A DNA stretch of 63,969 bases, the filler included, from Catajapyx aquilonaris (taxonomy: Eukaryota), in assembly GCA_000934665.2 (NCBI GenBank). It is 2 parts of 2 records of this genome, joined end to end, with 100 filler letters (N's around TTAATTAATTAA, not from the genome) between each part and the next. Parts side by side here need not be neighbours in the genome. Positions count along the whole stretch, not along the records: positions 32,079 to 63,969 come from KZ539153.1; 1 more part is not named here. The stretch is one strand, 5' to 3'. Made by a program: the position numbers and the translations under genes. Below, piece by piece: positions 47,401-60,155 of this stretch. The notes below the pieces were generated by a model. That model worked only from the letters and a program-made list of their open reading frames with translations. It did no database searches and had not been told where the DNA came from. Numbering within the stretch: position 1 is the stretch's first letter; each line of letters opens with the position of its first letter.

Positions 47401-50400
47401 CGATTTCGGGGCGCTTTCCACTTGTTAGGTGCAGATTAGACGCCAAATCATGGCCACGAACCAAGTGACCGTTACGACGCTTTTACCCATGGTAGACACA
47501 CACAAAAAAAGAGCAGACAGCTCCCGGAGGTCATGACCCTTCCGGAGAGGAAGTGGTTGTCATCCAGCAGCGTCGCACACTTGTCCACGGTTTCCAGTAT
47601 AAGGAGGGAGTGCATTAGGCTTCACCACGCCGCTCATTAATATGAACGGAGGGTCCCGCCGTCTTCCGTCGACTTCGTTAGGCGTGACAAGGACGTCATT
47701 TCGTCATTGTCCCTCGACTTTAAGACGCGGGTCGGGCTGGGAGGGGAAGGCCCTTTTCCTCCTGATGCATGCACGCCCAGATTAGCACGACTCGGCTTAT
47801 ACAAACGGAGAGGCTGCTGTCTGCGTGACCGGAGGTCCATTTTTCACCTTGTTTGCACCTCATCTGCTTTAGAAGGCATCCCCCCACCTCCAGGGACCCT
47901 CTACTCCACCATAACCTCCACCCGACTTGCTATTTCCTTGCACGGATTCAATTTGGTGGACCGGCTCCCAGCGTCAATCATGAACCGAGGGCCCCCAAAT
48001 TAATGGTGCCTTCCGTCCACCGAGTCAGCCGAAAAATGGCCCCTTTACCGGAGAGGTGACCCTGGGAATCCGGTCCACATCCGCTGGCCACATCCCAGTA
48101 TGCACACCCAGAAAAAAAAGGTTCATTTGCTTGTCAGATATTAATTGGGGACGCAAGCGGCATGGAACGGTGATTTTGTCAACAGAAGGTGTCCCCAAGG
48201 TGGCGGACAAGAGGGTGACAAATGACAGGGTGGACGTTGGGTGGTCATGCCCCACTAATGGTCCAACGCTTGCGGGCTTTACCATGTGAGGGTGGTGGGG
48301 GTGTACCCACGGTGCCAGGGACGGTCGGTTCTCGACAATTTTCAGATCGAAGGCTATCGCTTTTGGAGTGGAGACTCCAGGGGAGAACTCACCTGATATA
48401 GCTCAATTAAATAGGAGGGTGTTATTATAACGTTTTTCATGTGGAGCCCGGTGGGTCAGTGTCGTTTAAAGACCTCGAGGAAGTTTTTTTTTTTTGTTGT
48501 TTACATGGGGGCGTGGGTGGATTTTGAGGAAAACGAGTGTGGTGATGTCTGGAAAATTCCCTGTAATCGAAATCGGAGTCGGGAACCTCCGATCGGAAAA
48601 CACCTGAAAAACCAGTAAGGTATAGGTCGCTGGGAGGGGCTTATCAATAATGCATTTCCTGTGACTGAGAGCCCGCTGTGTGCTCAAGATGATAGAGGTG
48701 ACGGAGGTTTGCGTGATGCCCCCCCACCACCACCGCCGCACCCAAACTCCCTGTTCCTTGTGCGGCTTGGGGACACGGACTTGTACATTTTGTGGAAGAA
48801 GGGACTGACACGGCATGCTGCTGGTATAGGGTTTCCAATTGATTTTAGTTGACCCAACTTTTTGTTTTTAAAAAAAATATAGACGCACTTGTAAATTTAC
48901 CAGTACCAGCCCGTCAAACTCGTTTCCTGAAGTAAATTACAAGTTTTTTATTCTCCTTACCCTGCGCACAATCATCTCGTTTGAAGTTGCCTCCCCCTTT
49001 CCATCTTTCCACCCCCTAGTAAATTCACACTCGCCATCATTATAACATCATCAAGCACGAAGTAATTTGAGTCAAGTGTGGGTGGAGAGTGCGAGGCTTG
49101 TGAATGGGCGGTAAAGACTTGTTCCTTTCTCCACTTCTGCCTGTCGTCTTAATCCTTCCTCAACCAAACAGCTCGTTTCTTGCACATGTGTGTGACAATA
49201 TGTGATTCATTTACATAGGCCGATTTGGGGTCCGGCTATAAAGTCGGGATCGGATTGCGACTCATCAGTCTTCGTTAGCGCAATTATAATACCGGTTAAT
49301 AGATTGCATGGTCAGAGTGGCGGGGGTGGGCCAGCAGGCTATCGGAATCAATAAAAGTTGTTGTGTTCTCGTTTGTCCAATTGGAATTTCTGGTTTACGG
49401 TCGGCGTCATACGGTACTATTTTATGGTGTAGTCCAGACCCGTGGGAGGCTCTCCTCTTCTCACCTTCCAACACTGGAATGGTCCGCACGTCTTTTTCCC
49501 TTCGGACTATCGCAATCATCGGCAGTTAATGTCGGAGCCGTTAACGACTTGTAGGCGAAACTGTATATAAAAAAAGCGGATCCAGCGGTCCACTGGATAA
49601 TAAGTAGATTAATGAGCTAATCTGACGGTAGTGATTTGTGTAAGTGGATGTACCGTAGTGTTTGCGCTGGACGATGCTGACGACGCGGCCGGTGACAAAT
49701 GACGCCCAGGCTCCCCCTGCTTAACGCCGGGCACAATCTTGCTAAAAAGCTTGTTGGAGCTTCATCATGCGGCGATTCCGCTCTACGACACTCATCTATC
49801 TCCCAATTCTCCTAGGGGCCGGTCATTCCTCACTGGAACGGAGCCATGAATTTTTCACCGCCTAAATGGTCAGCACATACACGCTTTTTGAGGCCCTCCC
49901 AAATGGGTCAGAACTCTGTTTTTTTTAAAGCAAAAATGGGCAACGCATTAAAAAAAGAGCTGTGGACCATCGGGAGCAAGCTGACCACAGAAACGAGCAT
50001 TTCAGGCGCACTTCTCTAGAGATCTGCCGCCGAGCTGTAAATTATGCAAAGCCCGCATATATAAAATGTGGAAGAGGCACGCGGGGGTGTGTATAGGGGT
50101 GGGGGGGGGAGGTTGTTTGTGAATATGGTATGAATGCGTGCAGCTTGTTGGCAGATCAAGTGTGGTCACTCGCCTTCTGGGCCCAGCTGTTGCAGGTGAG
50201 GTCAGATCAGCATGTGTCGGACATCGCGCCACCTTATTCTCTGACCAGGTACACATTTGCATAAATTGTGCACAACACTTGCGCGCCAGCTTCAGGTGTG
50301 TCAATGACCCAGTCTGTACTTAGCCTCGTCAAGGACAGATCGTTCACCCGCGGCTTGTAAAAAAAAAGTTTTGCAAGTCCATATCGATTAAAATTTTTTT

Positions 50401-53400
50401 TATACCCGCAACAATTCCGCGGAAGTAAAAGTCGTTGCAACATCATCCGATCTCCGGCCAACAATGGACAAGAGGATAATGTCACACATCTATACTTAAT
50501 GCTCCGGCTTTAATACATTTTTTGCACCAATTATTATCACCATTCAGGCTGGGGACTTTGAGTACTAAGTTGGATTTGAATTGAAACTCCCACATGAAAT
50601 GCAGAGCCGGCTTGTGGGGGGTTGTTACTCATTGTATCTAGTGGCCATAAAGGGGACTGCGCGACTTCATTAATGAAACGGCGTGTGTATGTGTGTGTGT
50701 GTGTGTGTAGGGAGTCAATACAATTATGTGCATGTAAGCTGGTTGCATGGATCACGGGCAGTACTCGGCTGCTAATTGTGCGGCACAAGTGACGGAAACG
50801 GGCATTGTTCTGCGGGGAAACAATCCCGGATTCCTATTTCTCTCCATATTGCGGCTCTTGTGTGTGTGTATCAGTTCAGGCTACATAATAGGACGGATTA
50901 TTAACGCATTCCGTACGCGGTGGGTACCCCTTTTTTCCAAGCTCGTCCGCTTGAAATTAATCTTGAAGCGGGCCCAGAGAGCGTGGTCCATTCGGGTGGA
51001 GTGACCATCCAAGTGGGTCTTGTCCACGCCTAATTTCAGGGCGAGTCCTCGAGGACCAGCGTGATTGGTCAAGAGGTTGGGTTTTCGCAGATTTAAGCGT
51101 GGTTTTTGTGGGCGGAGTCCAAAAATAAGTGTAATCACACCACATGCGGTGAGGCTTTATTTGGGACCGGCGCCAGAGCGATACGGTTGAGAAAGTCTGC
51201 TTGGGTTATAAATCAGGCGGTGATGTCTTTTACGGTTATGTTTCTAATAAAATATTTAAACATTACAGTTATGGGAGGAAGAAGAGTGTTGCTAACGAGT
51301 CGAGTGATAGGTTCGTTTTTGGATAGAGCGTTAAAAAAACAACTAAGATTTTGTTGTTCACTGCTAGGCAAACCGATCGCTATCGTGTTGTTTTTTTTAA
51401 AAAAATCCAGTAACCTCGTTACAAGGAGGCAATTTCAGCACATAAATTTTAACCCAAGCATCCTTTGATGATTGCAATTTCATTAAGTTACACATTAATG
51501 AAAATTAATGCAACAGCCAAGCCCAATCAACTTTGGTGTAATCATCTCCCACGTGGTCCAGTATCGATCCAACCAGACAATATCTACTGTCCATCACCAA
51601 AAAAGCCTTATGGTCACTGTAACCCCCCCCCCCCATTTCCTTCATATAGTTTGTGAAAAAAGAGGCCCCTGTCCAGAAGGGGAGATAGATTGGGCCTGTC
51701 AAGCCTTCACTGGATGTCCATTACCAGGGGCCGGCTATGTGGCGCTAACAAGCCGGGGTGGACTTGTGAGTCACCATCCTCTCTTTTCCATCATCGACCC
51801 CACCCCCCTGCCCCCCACCCCCCTCCCTAACACTCTTTGGGAAACAAAAAAAGGTGACCAGAAGGGGGACCCCGTTGTATTCTCCCCTTTCCTCATAGGG
51901 GAGTAGTCACGGAGCGTAAACCCTTTTCCAAAGTCTTCGATTTTGGGAGCTCAAAAGAGGGGGGGACAAGGGGGGTAACTCTACCTTCTGGCCAACTTGG
52001 GTTTTTTAAAAAAGAAAAATTCGGGAAGGGTAGGAATAAATCGATAAGTTGCGCCGTAAGAAAACCGGGAGGCTGGACCTTGAGTAAATAACCGTGAATT
52101 AAGGGACTTGCAGATGAAGAGTTCTTTTTTGTCCTTTACGATTCACCGACGACATTGTCCGAGCGCTTTTACAGACCATTTCAACTGGCAAGAGCGTGTG
52201 TGTAAATTCAGCCCACCTGTGAAGTTGCAAGGTGGGTTGTATAGAGACACCCACGAGATGTGTACTTACTATTTGCGAGAAAAAAAAGCATATGACCACC
52301 GACTATATATCTTTCGTAGTATTAAACCGCACCATTACCATCAAATTGTAGAATTAACCATCCTCACAGCTGCGATTGCCATTTTTTTTCACATCCCTCC
52401 CCACTGAAGGGGTGGGATGCTCATCATCTTTCAACTGTTTCGGCGCCAATATCTTCACACATTGGCGCCGTTCGGGGATCGATCGCATGCAAAGGCAATA
52501 ACGTCAACTGCCGACTTTTCCCTCCCCCTGAACTGACATCAGCGTGGCACCACCCACCCACCCCCTTTCTCCCCATATGCACCGAGTCCCCAGGACAGGA
52601 GATGGGATAAATTATGACTTTAATCCGTGTAACGAATGGTGGTAATCATTTGCAAGGGGGGGCGCCCAAATTTTAAATCTATGCAAATTGAGCTCTTCGT
52701 GGCCAGCTGTGAGACCACTTTGCCGACGACCGCGGGCACGTCACATGGGGCGAAGTGAAAATCACTCCCCTCGCACCTCCCCACACCCACTCGGCCTCTC
52801 CCCACACCCGCTGCCACCCAACCCTCCTCCCCCAGGGTTTCCTTAATGCAGATGCGGCAACTTTTAGGGATCTGTGATTTGGGTTGCATACACCCCAGGA
52901 TGCCATTTTTTTAAAAAGGGGGGGCGAAATAGGTCCAAATGGTGTGGAAGGGGGGGCGAATTTTTTTTTTCTCTCTCTCTAGAAGATGTATGGTCGAGTG
53001 CGGGCTCGGCGGTTTCCAATTTAGGCCGAAGGGTCGATCCTGAGGTGGTCTGCAGGCAAGCCAAGGCAACATCCTGCGTCGTCGTCTGCTGCCGGCGTCT
53101 TCGATCCCTTTCCTTGAGGACGAATAGGAACGGGTCAGGGCTTGGACCAATGTCTTGCAGGGGCGGCAGTTGGCGAGAACGGCCCCAACTCCCACTCAAC
53201 CCACCCACCCTTTTCCTACCACCCCGAGAAAATCTCTTTTCGTGGACAACTGGACGTGAAAGGCATTCCGTTTTTGGGATCTTGATGCCAGCGCCGGATG
53301 CTGCATGGCCCCGCAGGGAAGATATGTCCGGATGATCCCGAATGGCGACAGATGCACCAGAAGGACCCTTCTTTTGCTACTTGCCCAAGGCTAGATGGGG

Positions 53401-54513
53401 GGTGCCACTAGAGAGGGTCGAGCAGCACCCATAAATTATACCTGTCGACTCACTCTATATGCAGATTAGCCGCACAATGAGGCTCATTCAGGTATTCAGC
53501 GGCGTCTAACTCGCACTAATCCACGGCGCATGTCACGCACCTTTTCCGTCTGTGTATGTACGCGGCCACTTGCCATGTCAAAATTGCACGCCGGATAAAA
53601 CCTTGACCCCCTTTTAATATCTGGCTCCACTGTTTGTTCTTGCAGAAAGTACTTCGAGGAACAACCCCATGAAACTCACCGGTGAGTACCTTTTACACGC
53701 CCACGCAAAAATCGATCCGCTCATTGAAATACGCAAGCACGTGGATTGCACGTTGGTCTGTGTACACACACATGTGACTCGGTCACACACACACACACAA
53801 ATTGTCAGTAGCGTCTAATATTTTTCCGCCTTTGTCCTTCTTCTCTCCCCCACCCACCCTGGCATATACACCCAACCTCTTTTGCATGTGACAGAGTAAT
53901 GTATGGCAGGCGGGATGGCCCCCGCGCTTTTTTGCATTTTAATCACCCCGCTGTGGACAATGATCCAACTCCCCACTGAAACGTCAATAATTACGGAGAG
54001 ACACTCCGGAGGCCCGTCCTGTGATAAAGGGGAATGATTAAAATGTGGTGGAGGCTCCCTGGATAGATAAGAGGGGGGTGGCTGCGAAGGGGGATTATTT
54101 GGCTGAGGGTGAGAATTGTGGAGGGGGAGGGAAAAAAAGGAGAAAGAGTTGCTCTTTGAGAGGCAGGATACTAGAGATAACCGTCCTTGTCTAACTACCC
54201 GTAGGCCAATAATGCCGTATCAAAAAACTGCGTCCTATGTACGTAACGGTGCTGGGCATTGCCCAACACTGCCAGCCCTCCCATCTGTGACCTGAAAGTA
54301 CCTTATCGGCACTCCAGGCAACTTTTGTTTGAATTAATAAAATATTTAATAATAATAATCCATTTCCCACCAGAATAAGTCGGCAGCATATATACGCTAA
54401 TGCTATAGTAGACCTGAGTGGATCGCAATTCTGAGTCATAACAAAGGCTGAATATCTGGAAATCATTACGCATTTCGTTTCAATTTTTAATTGTACATTA
54501 TTGGTCAAGTGAG

Positions 54514-54692
54514 ATGGCCAGGTATGTACTATGGGGCTCCAATTGTTTTGGCTACTTTATCCTGGTCTTGAAGCAACCCTTCGCACAAACACACACATAC
54601 CTGCTCAACGTGGGTCATGTGCGAAGGGTTGCTTCAAGACCAGGATAAAGTGGCCGAAACAATTTGAGCCCCATAGTACAGTACCTGGTCAT
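54514..54692. repeat. Long inverted repeat (~74-nt arms, 30-nt loop); MITE or hairpin RNA
   Basis: 54514-54587 pairs with 54618-54692. The inner actttatcctggtcttgaagcaacccttcgcaca is perfectly complemented. Confidence 0.88.
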
Positions 54693-54928
54693 AGCTGAAT
54701 ATACCCCGTCATGGGATTAATGCCGTGAAGTGAAGTGAATGAATCAATGGAAAAAAATCTGCATTTGGTAAATGACAAACATGTGGTACTGGTATTTGGT
54801 ACATGCCACGGACGACCAGTTCTAACTCACGTCCATTTCTATAGTGATAAAATACAGGCAGACGGTAACACAATCTGAAAATTATAGATATTAACATTTT
54901 AAATAATTCAAACAAAACTATCATCTTA

Positions 54929-55012
54929 TACATATGTACTTATGTACAGTACATATGTACTTATGTACAGTACACATGTACTTATGTACAGTACATATGT
55001 ACTTATTTGTAC
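54929..55012. repeat. GTAC-rich 21-nt tandem repeat (~4 copies)
   Basis: tacatatgtacttatgtacag-type units start at 54929, 54950, 54971 and 54992 (variant). Confidence 0.9.
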
Positions 55013-55618
55013 GACCCTAGTACGTATGTTGACATTACACAGGTGAACTTTGCTATAGTGGATGCTTAATCCGTGCAATTAGATGTAACTATTGCATCAA
55101 ATGTTGAAAGCTGCAATGCATACTGGTGCATAATGAAGTGACCTGCACCCCTATTTATATAACAAGTAATCTCCAATTAGTTGTCCGCCATCAAATAGGA
55201 AAATGGGTCGCATTCATTACTGCCGATTAAACTTAATTGCTATTGCCAGCCTGATGTGAGGAGACGACAATAAATTCCCACGAGCTTCGGATTGTGACCG
55301 GACATATTCCTGGCACCATACACAAGGGCAAGTTCCCAATGGGAAATTCATTCTTCGGGCACTAAACACGGGATTGATTGACTGACGGGGTCAAAATTTG
55401 AGATGCACCTGACACGGCGCGCAGTTTATTTCCAGCCCGTGTGCTATCGGCGTTATTTGAACTATTGCGGGGAAGCGAGATGAGGCCGGGCGCTGTAATA
55501 TGATGATACGGACATGTCGGACACGTGCCTGAAAAATGACTGCAGAGTGCTGAATGACACCGCCATGATTTCATTATTTCCCAGTTGCTATCATTTTTTG
55601 AGAGTGGATGCTAGTGGG

Positions 55619-55648
55619 TGGGGGTGGGGGTGGGGGTGGGGGTGGGGG
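55619..55648 (+). repeat. (TGGGGG)5, a potential G-quadruplex
   Basis: Five G5 runs separated by single T. Confidence 0.8.
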
Positions 55649-58600
55649 TGTTATACACACAGTCCTTGTACACGCATAATTAATTCTGATGTTCAGGGTC
55701 GAATTTTTGCTGGAGCGTGACTAAAAAGGTCCGCTCTTAAAAATCCCTCGGAAAATCCCTAACAAACGAATGACAGTATTTTGACAGTCCTTCCCATCCC
55801 AAACACTCCAGGGACCTCATTTTTCACTCTGCCGAGGGAAGGACGGGGGTCAGCAAGCGAAAATGCACCAGACACATCCCTCTCCCGACCTCCCTCCCCG
55901 TCTAAAGCGTTGTCATTATTGGTTTCCATTGTCAATATTTTTCTTTCCTTGTTACTAAGCAGTCGCACCAATATGAATCTTAGCATGGGGAGAATAAAAT
56001 GGGGGGAAAAAAAACTAGCTCAAATATTGTTTCTGTAGTTCTTTGCAAAGTGACGCGTGGGAACCCGAGGTTTGTTGACGTGATTTTTTTTTTCCTATTC
56101 TCCCCACTCCACCCAGCCTCCCACTTCTGAATATCGATTATCACTTCATCGATGGTTAACCAATAGTTATCATAAATCGGGCGAGAATGTGTGCTGTCCC
56201 CCCCCTGGCTCCAAGCGTGCTGAGGCTTTTTATTTCGGACAGCTTTAACTACCCCTCCCGTACAATTTGTTTACGCTGGGCATTCAGACTCAATGTTGAT
56301 CTACAATATACGACATGCAAGCTGTGTATAAACGAGCGGGATAATGGCCAGTCATGCACGAGGCTGAATTATGCTCAAATTGGCTCTAATGTGGGAGTAA
56401 CTCGGGCAAAACTGCACAATATTCACAAACGTAATTTGGTTTGTATTTATGGCACTGTCATGTGTCGGAAATAATCGGGAGGGAATTATAATTACTGGAG
56501 GGCTCACCTTTGAAAACACCTCTAAAGCTTAGCGGCTTATTCAATAGCGCATGTAGCATCAGGGAATAAACTCCCATTCACTTTGAGCGACCCGCACTCA
56601 GTTGGTGCAGCACGTGTATGACTGCTGTGTACAGAATATATATATGTCTGTGCATGTGCATATGTGTGTGAGCTACTCTGGCCATGTTCTGTTGTGAAAA
56701 GCCCCTGGGAAAGCGCCAAGGGGGCTTTGGGGGGGCACAAAGAGTTTACCTGCATTTTCAGACCGGCGTGGAAAATTTGGGAGATTCGTCTTTGACCTTA
56801 ATTTTGTATCACTTGTGCAGTTACACTGTCGGGTCCAAAAAGCATTTATGTACAGTGCAGTGATCAAACCGAAACCAAATTTAATGGTCATCGGAGTGGT
56901 GGGACGCTGTATACGCTTCCGATTTGTTGACGAAACCATTATGCAAGTTGTTTGAAAGCGCCGCATTTTGAGACTTGCGGGTTTTAGCTCCCCTGTCATA
57001 TAATATGTGAATAGAGTGAGTGTATGGCCGTGCGTAGCGCAATTAATTAATTAGCTTAATATTGAGGAAGTGAATATACGACACTTGACGTTGACGTTAG
57101 CCGACGAAAAAAACACTATATTGTAACAGGCCGAAATCATGGCAGCGTTGGAACAATGCGGAGCTAATTTTCGGGGAAAAACAGCAGGCTGTGGACGAGC
57201 CGTCAGTTTCTGGAATATCTTGTTAATTTTATGCAGAATCCTCCATCAACTCCGCGCCCCTTGTATTGCCATAATAACAGTCCTAATTATGAGGATCCGC
57301 TTCATACCATTACGATGATCCTGTGTTTTATACACAGCTACGCTTTTCCAATGTTGACAAGCTTTTGTTTCAGCCCTCCCGAACACCCCTCCCCAACCCT
57401 GTACACTGCGAAAAAAAAAGTCCTTTACCGGGATGGGTATTAAAATCCGGGGCGCGGCTGCTGTCATTCCGTAATAGTCGAATAACCCTTGCTACATGTG
57501 TGTCATCACAATGCATAGGACTCCCCTTTTTTGAATCGCAACTTGGCTGGAATTGACCCGGCTGTTGTCATTAATAATTAATCGTACATTACGAGCTTGT
57601 TTATGCGCATTGCATCGAGTAATTTGCGTTGATATCAACTTTAGTCGGCATAATCAGTCGACCGGGGAGCCTAATAGTTTCGCGGTGAAAAAGGCATCGA
57701 ATCTGGGTGCCATAATTCGCTTAATTTATGCGACCAGAGATCTGCTTCTTCTTCCCCCACCACCAGCACCCTTGGCAACCCATCGCACTTGGCCTTCCTT
57801 TTTTCTATTTTGATTAGGTTCTATAGGTGGTATCGACGGTGGGTGGGCATTAAGATAGTCGGCCGCGATTTTGTAAGCCGCTTTGAATGAGCCTGATTTA
57901 TTGGTCTCCTTAAAGTTGCTGTATCGGGCGGCAGAATGGTTGAGTGTCAATGTGCAGAATATCCCGGGGTCGGGTCGCGGCATCAATACCCTGGGTGATA
58001 ACGGATGTGGGAGAGGCCGCAAAGTTTAGGAGACGGTTTGTGCCACCCTTATCCCCTACTCAAAACTCTTCTCCGGGGGACTCCTGATAAATGCAAATAT
58101 ATGGATCATTTCCATCGCAGCTGCTATGCGTATCTATACCCACCCACCCCTACCACGCTTAAAAATATTTTTTTTTTAGGTCTCCCTTCTATACATGCAT
58201 AACCAAAGCCGAAATAATGGGTGGGAGGAGCATGCAAAAAAAAATAATTGAATGGGGTGTTTCTAGTAAGCGGTACCCCTGGAATCAAAATCAATGTCAT
58301 TATGACATTTCGGGGCGGGGGAAAATATGAGCTGGTGTGTTGGCGATCGAAGAGCGGCTTGCATTCTGGGGATAGCAGAGGCAAGCCGTTGATACGTCGT
58401 CATAACCCGGGTCGAGTATAAAGAAGACAAGGGGCCAGAGTGATTTTAATAAAAGGGACACAGCTTTTGTTCTGCCGCCGTAATAAATAGTGCGGGATGG
58501 AGCAGTCTGGTGTTGAAGTTGGGCTTGAGTCGAGGCGGAAATGTCGCTGCTGCTGCACCAGAAAAGTTGACGGCATGACGGTGTACAGTAAAGAAGTTGG

Positions 58601-60088
58601 AGCTACACAAGTAAACAATGCAAGCATCTGGCCCCGCTAGCACCGATACAGGCCTATAGTCCGGTGCAACTAAGGGTATTATTCAAGAGATATCCAACAC
58701 GGGGCATGTTGGGACGAAAGAGCGCCCTTTGGCGTATTTTATGCTAAATTTCGGCATCCGTTGATTCATGACCCTGCCTCCCATAACATAGTCGGCTGTT
58801 TACATGGATGGCAACCCTATTTGTGAACAGCTGCAGACTTTTAATTACTTTCCATATTTATGGGCAAAGTTTCATTAACATTTGCCACCACGGAAGGTGC
58901 CGGCGGTATAAACGAATAGGTTTATTAATACGCACATTCGTATATTATTTTTTCAGTCATGCGGCTTACTAATTGTCAGGCTAACTAGATTCTGGCCGGA
59001 CACTTGTCCCGGATTAACCATTTCCGGGAGGCAATTCTTCAGGGGACATTATATACACCTAAAAAATGTCGGAACAAATATAGGGTGCGGGGGAATTTTT
59101 CCCTACCTGATGGCCACTGTACTTAATACGCACAGGCCTGTTTAATAGGGATGCATAATTACAAACGGTCCCAGCTGTATAATGGAGCCGAAGCCGCGCA
59201 GCAATAGTACCACTATAGCTTTAATTACTATGTACGCTATTTACAATCCAGTACAATAATATTATAATTGGCTGTCGGCTGGAAACTCTATCAGCGATAT
59301 GTGTATATATGTATCTGTTATCCAATTCTAGAGGACTAATTGCATCGATCCCGGCGGGATTCATGCATGATGCATGTGGCCGGCTCCCATCCCAAATAGA
59401 CCCCTGCTGGGTGAATCGCAAGAGCTGAAAAGATGGGGTCGATACTATCGATACACCCAATTTTCACCGAATCGCTAATTAGGCGACGGCACTTTAAAAA
59501 AAAACAATAACCTAACCTATCTGATGGGCTAGTGACAAGTTTGCAGTGCCCCTGAGCTGGCAGAGCGTAGAGTGAGTGAGAGAGAGAGAGTGGGTATATA
59601 CATATAGGTATCCCAGTTGGGATACCACAGGGTGATCCCACCGTGCAAATGACTTTCGTTCTGCGGTCCCACCGGTGCCGCTACTAACATGATTATTCTA
59701 CATTTCTCCTCATGCATGAAAATACGCATACGCGTCCAGTCGATCATGGGTGGTAATTGCCATTGCTGGCGGGTTGGAAGTGGGGAGGTGGGGGGGGGGG
59801 AGAGCAGTAGAGAGAGAGAGAGTTGGGAGGGACTGGGGAAAAGGGGAGGGAGGGGGTGATGGGGGAGAACGGCCAAGAGGCGAATGCTGCTAAATTCAGC
59901 TCAAAAATGGAGAGAAATGTCCACTAGTTTGCGACCCATGGGGTTAGCTGGCGTTTGATATATGAGCAGAAACCCCGGAAATTATGCCTAAACCTGACGG
60001 GTTTGAAAAACACAAAAAAAAAAAACCTAACCGTTTCCTTCAACGAACACCCCTATGGCAAGGGGTCAGACACTTTTTTTTTTTTTTT

Positions 60089-60155
60089 NNNNNNNNNNNN
60101 NNNNNNNNNNNNNNNNNNNNNNNNNNNNNNNNNNNNNNNNNNNNNNNNNNNNNNN
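60089..60155. other. Assembly gap (67 N) between poly-T and poly-C
   Basis: N-run. Confidence 0.95.

Noticed and set aside
52441..52470. 10-bp stem cggcgccaat/attggcgccg
   Set aside because: Isolated short hairpin with no supporting context.
32198..56063. Su(H)-type YGTGGGAA sites (~32198, 38295, 41490, 55275, 56056)
   Set aside because: About five in 32 kb is near chance expectation, and none is paired or clustered.
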